A stretch of DNA of 64,000 nt from Myxococcota bacterium (lineage in GTDB: Bacteria > Myxococcota_A > UBA9042 > PHBI01 > JAWLBL01), in the NCBI GenBank assembly GCA_041687695.1, contig JAWLBL010000023.1, forward strand, positions 91,840 through 155,839, read 5' to 3'. The position numbers and the translations under genes are program-made. The notes under the pieces are model-generated. The model did not search any database and was not told where the DNA came from. It saw nothing but the letters and a program-made list of their open reading frames with translations. Shown here in pieces: positions 8,898 through 19,124 of this stretch. The number at the start of each line of letters is the position of its first letter. Position 1 is the first letter of the stretch.

Positions 8898-10799
8898 ATG
8901 ACCACGCTCGCGCTCGCTGCCCTGGTCGCCCTGACCGCCGCGCCGGAACCGGCGCCGACCCGCTGGATCGCCGTGATGGACCACACCGTGATGCGCGCGT
9001 CCGAGCAGGCGGTCGAGGCGGCCGGCGGGCGGACGCGGCGGTGCTTCGCGGCGGGGCGCGTGTGTGTGTTCGAACTGCCGGCGGGCGCCGACGGGCGCTG
9101 GGTGCTGGGGGCGATCGCGGGGGTGCACAGCGTTCAGCCCGACTACGCGATGCAGGTGGGGCCGTTCGGGCCGCAGCGGCAGAGCTTCGCCGACGCGGCG
9201 GGGACCGCCGACTGTGACGCACCGTGGGAGCTGGGCCCGCTGGGGCTCGAGGCGATGTGGGAGGAGGCGACCGGCCAGGACGCGCCGACGGTGATGGTGT
9301 GCGACGGCGGGTTCCGGCAGTCGCACGAGGACCTGCAGGGCGCCTTCGTGGGCCAGTGGGACTACGGCAACGACGACGCCGAGGCCGAGGTCGAGTGGGG
9401 CGTGGGCATCCCCTCGCACGGCACCTTCATCGCGGGGCTGCTGCGCGCGACGCCCGACAACGGGGTAGGGCGGGTCGGCCTGATGCCGCACGGGCGCGTC
9501 TTCGCGGCCAAGACCGCCAACAGCAGCGGCGACTTCTACCTGTCGGCCGCCATCGAGGCGATGGCCGACGCCGCCGAGGATCCCACCATCCGCGTCGTGT
9601 CCTACTCGCTCAGCGGCAACGGCTGGGACGACGCCTTCGCCGCGGCGGTCGAGGGCCTGGGCGCGCACGACACGCTGCTGGTGGCGGCCGCGGGCAACTG
9701 CTTCTATCCGTACTGCCTCAACGGCAACAACGACAAGTACCCCGAGTACCCGGCCAGCTACCCCGGCGCCCACGTCATCGGGGTCGCCGGCGTCAAGCCG
9801 GGCGACGCCTGGAACAGCTACAGCCACTGGGGCGTGAAGAACGTCGACGTCGCCGCGCCCGGCACGCAGCTGTGCAGCCTGGGCGCCGAGGCCGACGACG
9901 ACACCTACGTCGCCGCGGGCACCAGCTACGCGACCCCGCTGGTCGGCGCGGTGGCGGCGCTGCTGATGGAGGCGCGCCCGGCCCTGAGCGCGGCCGAGGT
10001 CGCCGACATCCTGCGCCTGACGGCCAAGCGCACCGAGACCCTGTCGACCAAGGTGGCCTCGGGACGGGTCGACGGCGCGGCGGCGATGGCGATGCCCTGG
10101 CCCGACCTGCCGGCGCCCGCGCCAGCGACGGTCACCGCCTCGGCGACCCTGGCCGTCGACAACCGCGGCGCGCCCGGCGCGGCGACCCTGGTCGTGGGCC
10201 ACGGGCCCCAGGTCGAGATCGGCGCGCCGGCCGGCTGGCAGGTCCAGGCGACTAGCGATGGCGTGACGCGGCTGACCGGGACCTTGCCCGGCCCGGGGCT
10301 GGTCGAGCTGATCTTGCCGGTGACCGCCGGCCTTGGCCCGCTCGAGCTGACGCTGCGCCTCGAGGCGGCCTCGCTGCTGCACGCCGAGCACACGCGGGCG
10401 ACGCCGCTGCTGGGTGACGAGACCGACGCGACCGGGGCGCCGGCCTGGCTTTGGACGCTGACCGTCGTGGAGCACGAGCCCGAGCCGGATCCCGAGCCCG
10501 AGCCCGAGCCCGAGCCGGACCTGGGCCCGACCCCCGTCGACGAAGGGCCGGCCGCCGAGGTCGCCGAGGAGCTGGGCGGTCTGCAGCCGGGTCAGGACGT
10601 GGCCGTCGGGGCGGAGGTGTCGCCCGAGGCCGATGCCGTGAGCGTGGCCCTGCCGGACGTGCGCGACGGATCGCCCGGCGACGGCCGGGCGTCCGGCTGC
10701 GCGGGCGGCGCCGCGGGCGGCGCGGTCTGGCTGGGGCTGGCGGTCGCCCTGTGGCGCGCGCGTCGCCGGGGTGTGACCCCCGAGAGGCGCCCCTTGTGA
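8898..10799 (+). CDS. Secreted subtilisin-like S8 serine protease with C-terminal MYXO-CTERM-like anchor
   Basis: Signal peptide; D (VCDGG), H (SHGT), oxyanion N (AAAGN), S (GTSYATP); EPEP linker; SGC-Gly-TM-RRR tail. Confidence 0.9.
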   Translation: MTTLALAALVALTAAPEPAPTRWIAVMDHTVMRASEQAVEAAGGRTRRCFAAGRVCVFELPAGADGRWVLGAIAGVHSVQPDYAMQVGPFGPQRQSFADAAGTADCDAPWELGPLGLEAMWEEATGQDAPTVMVCDGGFRQSHEDLQGAFVGQWDYGNDDAEAEVEWGVGIPSHGTFIAGLLRATPDNGVGRVGLMPHGRVFAAKTANSSGDFYLSAAIEAMADAAEDPTIRVVSYSLSGNGWDDAFAAAVEGLGAHDTLLVAAAGNCFYPYCLNGNNDKYPEYPASYPGAHVIGVAGVKPGDAWNSYSHWGVKNVDVAAPGTQLCSLGAEADDDTYVAAGTSYATPLVGAVAALLMEARPALSAAEVADILRLTAKRTETLSTKVASGRVDGAAAMAMPWPDLPAPAPATVTASATLAVDNRGAPGAATLVVGHGPQVEIGAPAGWQVQATSDGVTRLTGTLPGPGLVELILPVTAGLGPLELTLRLEAASLLHAEHTRATPLLGDETDATGAPAWLWTLTVVEHEPEPDPEPEPEPEPDLGPTPVDEGPAAEVAEELGGLQPGQDVAVGAEVSPEADAVSVALPDVRDGSPGDGRASGCAGGAAGGAVWLGLAVALWRARRRGVTPERRPL

Positions 10800-10900
10800 C
10801 CGGGTAGGCCCGATCCGCCTCTCGAGGGCCACCGACGTCGGCCGCGTCGCCGGCCCGCGTCCCCCCGGGCGCCGGCCTACGCCGCGGCGAAACGCATGGG

Positions 10901-11491
10901 TCAGGGGGCCGCGTCGCGGTCCCACCCCAGGACGGGCTCGTAGCGGCGCACGCCGAAGAGCTTGAACAGACCGATGACGGTCAGCAGGCCCGCGGTCACC
11001 AGCCGGTTGGTGGGGCGCGACGGGTACTGCGCGAGGCCGACCAGCAAGCGGCTGAGGTCGGAGAGCCGCGGCGTCCGCCCGTCGCAGACGACGGCCAGCG
11101 GGACCAGCGCGTCCTCCATCTTCGGCCCGTCCAGGGTGACGTTGACCACCGCCGGCTCCTGGCCGGGGTTGAGGAACTTGTGCGGCACGCCGGGCGGGAC
11201 GGCGCACACGTCGCCCGGGCCGAGGTCGCGCGGGGTGCCCGAAACCCACAGGCGGAGCGTCCCGGAGACGACCTCGAAGGTCTCGGTCTCGTCGTCGTGC
11301 GTGTGCTCGCCGGGGCCGCGCTTGCCAGGCGCGAGGGTCCAGACGAAGCGGAAGCGCCCGTCGGGGGTGGAGCGCGACGAGGTCACGAACTCGAAGGTCT
11401 CACCAGAGGACGGGGACTCGGCGCGATAGCGCGTGGGTGCGAAGCGCGCTACGGCGCCCGGACGCGGCGCGACGGGATCGGCGACGTTCAT
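10901..11491 (-). CDS. Cupin-domain protein
   Basis: HTHDDETETFEVVSG and VPPGVPHKFLN cupin motifs. Confidence 0.85.
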   Translation of the reverse strand: MNVADPVAPRPGAVARFAPTRYRAESPSSGETFEFVTSSRSTPDGRFRFVWTLAPGKRGPGEHTHDDETETFEVVSGTLRLWVSGTPRDLGPGDVCAVPPGVPHKFLNPGQEPAVVNVTLDGPKMEDALVPLAVVCDGRTPRLSDLSRLLVGLAQYPSRPTNRLVTAGLLTVIGLFKLFGVRRYEPVLGWDRDAAP

Positions 11492-11512
11492 GGTTTCTCT
11501 CGCGTGCGGGTG

Positions 11513-11531
11513 ATGTTATCACTCCTAACAT
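11513..11531. promoter_or_regulatory. Putative TetR operator
   Basis: Perfect inverted repeat ATGTTA-N7-TAACAT between the divergent cupin and tetR genes. Confidence 0.65.
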
Positions 11532-12198
11532 GAGCGCCCGGGATCGTGTCAAGCCACGCTCGCCGCGCCGCAAGCCGGCCGGTCGGTTCCATCACGGCGA
11601 CCTTGCCGAGCAGGCGGCCGTGGCGGCGGCCGCGCTGGTCGAGCGCAAGGGCCACCAGGGCTTCTCCATGCGCGAGCTGGCCCGCGAGCTCGGGGTCACG
11701 GAGCCGGCGCTCTACCGCCACTACGAGGGGCGCGACGCCTTGCTCGCCGAGGTCGCCCTGCGAGGCTTCGAGGCCTTCGTCGCGGCCATGTTGGAGGTGC
11801 TCGACGAGCCGCTCGACCCGTTCGAGGCCGCGCTCCAATTCGGCAAGACCTACGTCCGGTTCGCCTTCACCCACCCGGGGTGGTTCCGCCTGCAGTTCTC
11901 ACGCGCCTGGAACGAGGAGCTGGGACGGCGGCCCGGCGTCGGCGAGCGTCAGGCCAGCGCCGGGGTGATGCGCCTGCGCATCCTCGAGCGCCTCTGCGGC
12001 GCGCTGCCGGCCGGCGACGATCGGGTCGCCGATCTGTACCGGCTGGTCTGGGGCGCCGCGCACGGCCTCGCCACCTTCGTCGTCGAGCGCGTCTTCCAGC
12101 TCGTGCAGACCGATGAGGAGCGCATCGCCGCCGCCGACGAGGCGCTCACGCTGCTGGTCGACTCGCTCCGCGCGCGCGCCGAGGCCGCTCCGCGCTGA
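11530..12198 (+). CDS. TetR/AcrR transcriptional regulator (WHG-type C-terminus)
   Basis: FHHGDL...SMRELARELGVTEPALYRHY; WGAAHG. Confidence 0.9.
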   Translation: MSARDRVKPRSPRRKPAGRFHHGDLAEQAAVAAAALVERKGHQGFSMRELARELGVTEPALYRHYEGRDALLAEVALRGFEAFVAAMLEVLDEPLDPFEAALQFGKTYVRFAFTHPGWFRLQFSRAWNEELGRRPGVGERQASAGVMRLRILERLCGALPAGDDRVADLYRLVWGAAHGLATFVVERVFQLVQTDEERIAAADEALTLLVDSLRARAEAAPR

Positions 12199-12256
12199 CG
12201 CCGCTCCGCAAAGCGCTTCGGTCGAGCCGGTGACTTCCTTATAGTCCGGGCGCCTC

Positions 12257-14350
12257 GTGCTCCGGAGTTCGCCGTTGTCCCTGCGCCCTGCCTCGCTCGC
12301 CCTCGTCGTAGCCACCCTCGTCCTCGCTTGCGGCGACGCCCCCGCGCCCAGCCCCGACAGCCAAACGGCCGACGCCGAGGACATCCTCGACGCCTCGCCC
12401 GACACCGACGACACGTCTGAGCCGGACGCCGTCGATCCGGACGCCACCACCGCGCCGGACGGAGATCCCGACGTCACCGCCGACGACGGCCCCGACGTCC
12501 CTCCGCCCGAGCCCCGCGCCATCGGCGAGCGCGCCCCCCGCACGGCCGCCTGCGACGCCGTCGATCCGACCCTCTGCCTGCTCCCCTGGCCCTCCAACGT
12601 CTTCACCGCCCTCGACCCGGCCACCGACACCGGCGTCCGCCTCGCCGTCGACGGCGCCTCGCTCCCCGAAGACGACCCCCTGACCCGCCTGTCCCGCGCC
12701 GACGGCTTCTCGCGCGTGAGCCCCATCGTCACCGGCTTCGCCGATCGCCTCGACGCCGCCTCGCTCGACGGCCCCGACGGCCCGCCGGTCCGCCTGCTGG
12801 TCGCCGAGGGCGACCGCCTCGGCCAGGTCGAGCCGGTCCACTGCCAGACCTTCGAGGACGACGACCCGCCCCACGCGACCGCCCTCGTCTGCTTCCCCCA
12901 CCGCCCGCTGGCCCCGGCCACCGAGCACCTCGTCGTCGTGCTGCGCGACCTCCAGACCGCCGACCAGACCCCCATCGCCGCCGAGCCGCTCGCCCAGGTC
13001 GCCCTCGGCCTCGTCCCACCCGCCGACCCCGCCGAGGCCGCCCTCCACGCCTACCACGCCCCGGCCCGCGCCGCCCTCACCGCCGCCGGCGTCGCCTTTG
13101 GCGACGTCGCCCGCCTGTGGGACTTCACCACCCGCTCGGCCGAGGATCCGCGCCGCGATCTGCGCGCCGTTCGCGACGCCCACGTCGCCGCCGTCGACGC
13201 TGGCGCCTACGAGGTCGCCATCGACAGCGTCCAGACCTCGTGGAACCCCGACATCGCCCTGGTCGTCCGCGGCCGCCTGACCGGCCTGCCCAGCTTCGTC
13301 GAGCCCGACGGCGCGCTCGCCCGCGACGACGCCGGCCACCCGACCCCCATCGGCGTCCACGACGCCCCGTTCCGCGCGATGATCCCGGCGGGCGAGGGCG
13401 ACTACCGGCTGGTCATGTACGCCCACGGCACGGGCGGCGACGTCGGCGACGGCTCCTTCGACGGGCTGATGGCCGAGTTCGGCGCCATGAAGCTGGGCCT
13501 CGAGATCGACGGCTGGACCGGCGCGACCCTGCCGGACACCCTGACCCGGCTGGCGACCCCCATCTGGGGCAGCGACGCCGTGGCGGCGCGCGTCGTCGAG
13601 TCCCTGGCGGGCGGCGCCGCGGTCCAGCGCGCCCTCGACGGCGCCCTGGGCGACGCGCTGGCCGCCGAGACCCTGGGCGACCAGCCCAACCCCGCCGCCG
13701 GCCGGCGCCCCGACACGACCACGCCGGTCTGGGCCGGCGGGTCGCTGGGGGGCACCATGGGCCTCGTGTACGGCCACCTCGAGCCGTCCATCCTGGGCGG
13801 CGTCCTGAACGTGCCGGGCGCCGCCGTGACCCACTGGCTGCCCGCCTCGAACTTCTATTGGCTGCTCGAGGGCCTGCTGAGCGATCGCCTGCAGGGCCCC
13901 GTCGAGACCCAGCTGGTCGTCGCCATGGCCCAGACCCTGTTCGACGCCATGGACGGCGCCAACTGGGCCGGCGGCTCGCCCACCGACCCGGTCTTCCTGG
14001 TCCAGATCAGCGTCGGCGACCCGGTCCTGCCCAACGTCGGCAGCGACATGGTCGCGACCGCCCTGGACGCCCTGCACGTCGGCGCGCCGCTGTACCCGCT
14101 GGTCGGCCTCGAGCCCGCCGACCAGGCCCTGGGCCGCAGCGCCGTCACCCAGTTCCAGGTCGCCGGCACCAGCGAGCTGGACGTCCACGGCTTCGCCGCC
14201 AAGGACACCGTCGCCGGCCAGGCCGCCCAGCAGCAGTTCATCGACTTCGTCACCAGCCTGTGGGACGGCGTCCCGCGCATCGACATCCCCCAGGCCTGCC
14301 AGGCCAACACGCCGGCCGGCAGCTGCGACTTCAGCGCCGCCGGTCCGTGA
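12257..14350 (+). CDS. Lipoprotein with C-terminal alpha/beta-hydrolase fold
   Basis: Lipobox VLAC; acidic linker; PWPSNVFT; YAHGTGG; nucleophile elbow GGSLGG; DPVLPN; HGF. Confidence 0.75.
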   Translation: MLRSSPLSLRPASLALVVATLVLACGDAPAPSPDSQTADAEDILDASPDTDDTSEPDAVDPDATTAPDGDPDVTADDGPDVPPPEPRAIGERAPRTAACDAVDPTLCLLPWPSNVFTALDPATDTGVRLAVDGASLPEDDPLTRLSRADGFSRVSPIVTGFADRLDAASLDGPDGPPVRLLVAEGDRLGQVEPVHCQTFEDDDPPHATALVCFPHRPLAPATEHLVVVLRDLQTADQTPIAAEPLAQVALGLVPPADPAEAALHAYHAPARAALTAAGVAFGDVARLWDFTTRSAEDPRRDLRAVRDAHVAAVDAGAYEVAIDSVQTSWNPDIALVVRGRLTGLPSFVEPDGALARDDAGHPTPIGVHDAPFRAMIPAGEGDYRLVMYAHGTGGDVGDGSFDGLMAEFGAMKLGLEIDGWTGATLPDTLTRLATPIWGSDAVAARVVESLAGGAAVQRALDGALGDALAAETLGDQPNPAAGRRPDTTTPVWAGGSLGGTMGLVYGHLEPSILGGVLNVPGAAVTHWLPASNFYWLLEGLLSDRLQGPVETQLVVAMAQTLFDAMDGANWAGGSPTDPVFLVQISVGDPVLPNVGSDMVATALDALHVGAPLYPLVGLEPADQALGRSAVTQFQVAGTSELDVHGFAAKDTVAGQAAQQQFIDFVTSLWDGVPRIDIPQACQANTPAGSCDFSAAGP

Positions 14351-14359
14351 CGGCCACGC

Positions 14360-15526
14360 TCACGGCCCGACCCCGCCGCAGAGCGTGAACCAGCCCCAGA
14401 ACTTCAGGTCGACCGGGCCCATCTCGACGCCGTCGCGCGTCCAGGTGGGGTCGTCGCAGCCCGCGCCGGCGTCGAAGGTGACGACGACGTCGGCGGCGCC
14501 CTGCATCCGGACCTGCCCCGCGGTGGGCACGAAGCAGCTGGGCGTGTCCAGCCAGACCAGCGGCACCGGGGTCGTGAACAGGACGCTGCCCTCGCCCGCG
14601 ACCTCCTGCCAGCCGGTCAGCCAGGTACCGCCGAGGTCGTCGCCCTCGCGGGTGATCTCGACCGCGGTCAGCTCGGCGCCCGTGACGAGGCTCGCGATGG
14701 AGGGCATCCAGCTCGAGGGGACCGCCTTCAGCGACGCGGTTCCGGTCCAGGCGTAGCCGGACTCGCCGGTGTCCTGGTCGACGCGCATCTGGAGGTCGAA
14801 GGCCAGGTCGACCGGGGCCCCGCCGTCGTCGCCGACCAGCGTGACGGCGGAGGCGTCCAACAGGAACCCGCGCGGCTGGGTCGCGTCCTTGCAGACGTCG
14901 GTCCAGCTCGCGTCCCAGGCGCCGCTCAACGTCGCCGAGTAGGTGCCCGCGTCGAGCTGGCACGGCCCGACGAGGGCGCCGGAGACGGTCGAGCCGCTCC
15001 AGGTCTGCGGTCCCGGGCAGGCCTCGTCGCCCACGTCGTGTTGGCGCAGGACGATCTGGCGCACGGCCGAGCTGCCCAGCTGGTGCAAGTGGAACATGCG
15101 CGCCACGTCCTCGGTCGTCGCCAATGGGTGCGACGTGGGCAGGGTGGGGCCCGGGCCGACCGCGTCGTCGGCGTCGAGCGTCGCCGCGTCTTGCATGGCG
15201 GCGGCGTCGCCGGGCGGGGCGCCGTCGACGTTCGTGTCGGCGGCGTCGGGCAGAGCAGCGTCGATGCTCGTGTCGGCGGCGTCGGGCAGAGCTTCCGCGT
15301 CGCCGTCGCCCTCGTCGCCGGTGTCCGCGCCGCCCTCCGGGTCGGATTCGGCGTCGGCGTGGTCCACGGCGGCGTCCTGCAGGGGCTTGGCATCGTCCTG
15401 CGGCTGGCCGTCGGCCGCGGCGTCTGGGGTCGGCGCCGCGGGCTGGGAGGGATCGCCGCAGGCGGCCAACAGGCACGCCGACATCACGCATCGGACGAGG
15501 GAGGGCTGCAACATGCTCGAGACCAT
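14360..15526 (-). CDS. Hypothetical lipoprotein with Asp/Ala-rich linker
   Basis: Lipobox LAAC; DA-rich spacer; Cys-containing beta-rich C-terminus. Start could instead be 15514. Confidence 0.7.
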   Translation of the reverse strand: MVSSMLQPSLVRCVMSACLLAACGDPSQPAAPTPDAAADGQPQDDAKPLQDAAVDHADAESDPEGGADTGDEGDGDAEALPDAADTSIDAALPDAADTNVDGAPPGDAAAMQDAATLDADDAVGPGPTLPTSHPLATTEDVARMFHLHQLGSSAVRQIVLRQHDVGDEACPGPQTWSGSTVSGALVGPCQLDAGTYSATLSGAWDASWTDVCKDATQPRGFLLDASAVTLVGDDGGAPVDLAFDLQMRVDQDTGESGYAWTGTASLKAVPSSWMPSIASLVTGAELTAVEITREGDDLGGTWLTGWQEVAGEGSVLFTTPVPLVWLDTPSCFVPTAGQVRMQGAADVVVTFDAGAGCDDPTWTRDGVEMGPVDLKFWGWFTLCGGVGP

Positions 15527-15660
15527 AGCCGCTAGACCGCCTGCTTGTCCCCATCGCCACGCGGCGAGGCTTGCGGCGGCCGCGCGGGACGGCATAGGTT
15601 CCGCCTGGCCCGGCCTCGCTGGATGCCGTGGCCCCAGCCACCCCCGACCCGAGGAGACCC

Positions 15661-16590
15661 ATGCGCCGCATCCACGTCCTGCACGAACACGACGAGTGGG
15701 TGGTCCCGCTGCGCGCGGCGCTCGAGGCGCGCGACCTGCCGTACACGGAGTGGTTCCTGCACGAGGGCCAGCTGGACCTTTCGTCCGAGCCGCCCGAGGG
15801 CGTGTTCTACAACCGCATGAGCGCCTCGTCGCACACCCGCGGGCACGTCTACGCGCCCGAGTACACGGCCGCCGTCCTGGCCTGGCTCGAGCGGCACGGC
15901 CGGCGCGTCCTGAACGGCCGCCGCGCGCTGCAGCTCGAGGTCAGCAAGGTCGAGCAGTACATGCAGCTCGAGCGCTTCGGCATCCCCTATCCGCGCACCC
16001 TGGCGGCGGTCGGGCGCGAGGCCATCGTGCAGGCCGCCGAGCGCATGGAGGGGCCGTTCATCACCAAGCACAACCGCGCCGGCAAGGGGCTGGGTGTGCA
16101 GCTCTTCCGCGGCGTGGACGCGCTGCGCGAGTACGTCTTCGGACCCGACTTCGACGAGTCGCGCGACGGCGTCACCCTGGTGCAGCAGTACATCGAGGCG
16201 CCCGAGCCCTTCATCACGCGGGTCGAGTTCATCGGCGGCGAGCTGACCTACGCCGTGCGCGTCGACACCTCGCAGGGCTTCCAGCTGTGCCCCGCCGACG
16301 CCTGCCAGGTGGGCGACGCCTTCTGCCCGGTCGGCGAGCAGGCCCCGCGCGCCATGTTCGAAATCCTGCCCGGCTGGGACAGCCCGCTGGTCCCGCGCTT
16401 CCTCGAGCTATTGCGCGCCAACGACGTCCACGTCGCGGCCTTCGAACTCATCGTCGACCGCGAGGGCCGCGCCTTCACCTACGATCTGAACACCAACACC
16501 AACTACAACGCCGAGGCCGAGGCCCGCGCCGGCGTGTCCAACATGGGCCGCCTCGCCGACTACATGGGCGCGCTGCTGCGCCAGCGCTGA
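15661..16590 (+). CDS. RimK-like ATP-grasp ligase
   Basis: GAGGAG RBS; PFITKHNRAGKGLGV, LVQQYI, YDLNTNTNYN. Confidence 0.85.
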   Translation: MRRIHVLHEHDEWVVPLRAALEARDLPYTEWFLHEGQLDLSSEPPEGVFYNRMSASSHTRGHVYAPEYTAAVLAWLERHGRRVLNGRRALQLEVSKVEQYMQLERFGIPYPRTLAAVGREAIVQAAERMEGPFITKHNRAGKGLGVQLFRGVDALREYVFGPDFDESRDGVTLVQQYIEAPEPFITRVEFIGGELTYAVRVDTSQGFQLCPADACQVGDAFCPVGEQAPRAMFEILPGWDSPLVPRFLELLRANDVHVAAFELIVDREGRAFTYDLNTNTNYNAEAEARAGVSNMGRLADYMGALLRQR

Positions 16591-16754
16591 GGCGCTCGCA
16601 TCTTTTTCGAACTTCGCTTTGACAGCTGTCGGGGGGCGCGCGGTCTGCGCAGATGAAGGGGATGGCCGGCGGCGAAACGCGCCGAGGGGCCACCCCATGT
16701 CGGGGCAATCCACACGCGCCCTCTCCGACTGTCCTACCTGCGAAGGAACACACC

Positions 16755-17135
16755 ATGAAGAAGATGCTGCTGGGTCTGGCGGCCGTCGGCCTCATCACCC
16801 TCTCGGCCGGCAACGCGCTGGCCGGCGACAAGTGCAAGGACTTCACCGTCAAGTTCAAGAACAACGCGACCACGACCGTGAAGGTCACCAAGGTCGAGTA
16901 CTACGACTACGACGACAACAAGTGGCGCAGCGAGTCGCTCACCTCGTCGAAGATCAACGCGGGCCAGACCTGGAACTGGAAGCGCAACTTCGAGCACATC
17001 GGCGGCGACAAGACCAAGTTCCGCGTGACGTACAAGAAGCAGATCGGCGGGACCAAGTGGACCGACGACCAGACCAAGGTCTCGGTCGAGCTGACCTGCA
17101 AGGACAACGGGTCCAAGGTCGTCACGCTCCCCTGA
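16755..17135 (+). CDS. Small secreted Lys/Thr-rich beta protein
   Basis: AAGGA RBS; signal peptide MKKMLL...ALA; two Cys; strong codon bias. Confidence 0.8.
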   Translation: MKKMLLGLAAVGLITLSAGNALAGDKCKDFTVKFKNNATTTVKVTKVEYYDYDDNKWRSESLTSSKINAGQTWNWKRNFEHIGGDKTKFRVTYKKQIGGTKWTDDQTKVSVELTCKDNGSKVVTLP

Positions 17136-17304
17136 CGCGCGGTGCGCCGGCGGGGCCGCATGTCGCGCCCCGTCGGCCGCGTTGGCCCCGCGTGCGCTCC
17201 ATCGCTGGGCGCGAGGCGGTCTCGCGACGGGCCCTGTCGCGTTGCGAGCGCCGAACGCATCTGCTACCTCCTCACTCAGACGGAGTTGGGGAGGCCGGGT
17301 CACC

Positions 17305-19107
17305 TTGCACTTGAGAGCCGCCATCGTGGCGCTGGTCGCCTCGACGCTGGCGACGGGCGCGCCCGGGTGCGGCGAGCTCGCCGAGCCGTCTCAGGCCCCC
17401 GCCCTGGCCACGTGGTCCGTCGACCTGTCCGGCGCTCAGGGGCTGCCCCTCGAAGGCCCGCTGCGACTGAGCCTGGTCTGGTTCGCCCTCGACCCCGACG
17501 GCTCGGGCCGCGGCCAGGCCCGCTCCGCCGACGAGCTGGGCCTCACCCCCCAGGATCTGGTCGGCTCGCAAGCCGTCGCGACTCGGCTGCCTCCCCGGGC
17601 GGCCCTGCTCGACGCCTCCGACCCGCGCCACGGAGTCGCCGCGCTGTGGCCCGACGGCACGCGCGGGGCCCTCGGGCGCATCCTCGCCTACGAAGATCGC
17701 GACGGCGACGGCCGCTTCGGCTTGCCGGCGGCCGACTCCGGGACCGATCGCCCCGTCGGGGTGGTCGCGTCCCATGTCGTGATGTACGTCGAGGGCGCGG
17801 CCGCGGCGGGTGTCGCCTCGGAGACGGCGTTGGGCCCCGGCTTCCATCTCGTCGCGGACTGCCCCGAGGGCGGTTGCCCCGACGGACACGCCGAGACCGT
17901 GCGCGTCACCTTCGACCAGGCCGACGCGCAGGGGGCGCTGCAGTGCGGGGACGAGCCGCCGTCGTCGCGGGACGTGGTCGAGACGGGAGCCTGGCCGTCG
18001 ATGGCGCCTCCCGAGGGGAGCTGCGGGGCCGACGGCGTGTTCGTGGCCAACGAGGCCTGCGCGGTGGAGACGTCCGCCTGTCACGGGCGCGTCACGCGCT
18101 GCACACGCCGCGTGCTCGCGGTGCCGACCGACATGGGTCTGCGACGCGATTGGCCCTGTCCCATCCCGGACTGGTGCCACCCCGACTCGGAGGCCAACCC
18201 CTGCCCGTGGCAGCTGATCGCCACCAAGGAGGTCGAGCCCTCCGGGGTCGTCGCCGACGACGCATTCTGGTACTGGGCGACCGCGGACGGAAGCATCCGC
18301 AGGGCCCCGCGAGCTGGGGGCGCCCCGCAGGACCTGTTCGTGCCTTCGACCCGAAGCGAACCCGCACCAGGGCATCGCGTGTTGCGGCGCGATGGCGAAT
18401 GGCTCGTCTGGTTGGTGCTCAAGTCCGACACCATGCACCGGGTCCGACTCGACGGGACCGGCTCGATGGTCGTCAAGGTCGGCGATCCACAGGCCGGTGA
18501 TCTCGAGCTCGAAGATGGCTGGATCTATTGGACGGTGCACGCCGCGGATGGCAGCCGGCCGTCCGCCGTCCGGGGCAAGCCCATCGTCGGTGGAGACGGC
18601 CTGGCCTGGTCCATCGAAGGGCTCGGAAAGGTGCGCGCCCTGGCCTCGGACGCGACGCACCTGTACTGGCGCGACGAGGCGAACGGGTGGATTCAACGCG
18701 TTCCCTATGGAGGCGAGACGCCCGAGACGCTCGCACAGACGGACCCGCTCGTGTCTGGCGTCGTGTCCGACGTCGGAGCCGGGTACGTCTACTGGTACGA
18801 GACCATCGAAGCAGAGGTCGAGTTCACCGAACCCTCCTTGGCCATCCACCGGGTCTCGCTCGCCGACGGGGTCGACGAGCGTTGGCTGACGGGGCTGGCC
18901 CTGCCTCGCACCGTGCAGTTCGTCGGCGACGGTGTGGCGTGGCTGGACGAGCACGAGGGGTCGGTGCACTGGGCCTCGCTCGCAGGGGACGGCCCCGTGA
19001 CGCTCGGGTTCGATGCGGCAGGCAACGGAACGCTCATGGCCGACGGTACGGGGATCGTCTGGACCCGGGTCGACGCTGGCACCGTTCGGCGCGCCGAGCT
19101 GCCCTGA
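17305..19107 (+). CDS. Exported/lipoprotein with C-terminal beta-propeller-like repeats
   Basis: Hydrophobic N-terminus ending PGCG; repeated YW strands (FWYWA, WIYWT, HLYWR, YVYWY). TTG start inferred from the GGAGG RBS. Confidence 0.65.
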   Translation: MHLRAAIVALVASTLATGAPGCGELAEPSQAPALATWSVDLSGAQGLPLEGPLRLSLVWFALDPDGSGRGQARSADELGLTPQDLVGSQAVATRLPPRAALLDASDPRHGVAALWPDGTRGALGRILAYEDRDGDGRFGLPAADSGTDRPVGVVASHVVMYVEGAAAAGVASETALGPGFHLVADCPEGGCPDGHAETVRVTFDQADAQGALQCGDEPPSSRDVVETGAWPSMAPPEGSCGADGVFVANEACAVETSACHGRVTRCTRRVLAVPTDMGLRRDWPCPIPDWCHPDSEANPCPWQLIATKEVEPSGVVADDAFWYWATADGSIRRAPRAGGAPQDLFVPSTRSEPAPGHRVLRRDGEWLVWLVLKSDTMHRVRLDGTGSMVVKVGDPQAGDLELEDGWIYWTVHAADGSRPSAVRGKPIVGGDGLAWSIEGLGKVRALASDATHLYWRDEANGWIQRVPYGGETPETLAQTDPLVSGVVSDVGAGYVYWYETIEAEVEFTEPSLAIHRVSLADGVDERWLTGLALPRTVQFVGDGVAWLDEHEGSVHWASLAGDGPVTLGFDAAGNGTLMADGTGIVWTRVDAGTVRRAELP

Positions 19108-19124
19108 GGCGCGCCGGCGCGTCG

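Noticed and set aside
16635..16685. Hammerhead ribozyme or c-di-GMP riboswitch (cagatga...gaaac)
   Set aside because: The core reads CAGAUGA rather than CUGAUGA, the stems and cleavage triplet do not fit, and the GEMM consensus is not met.
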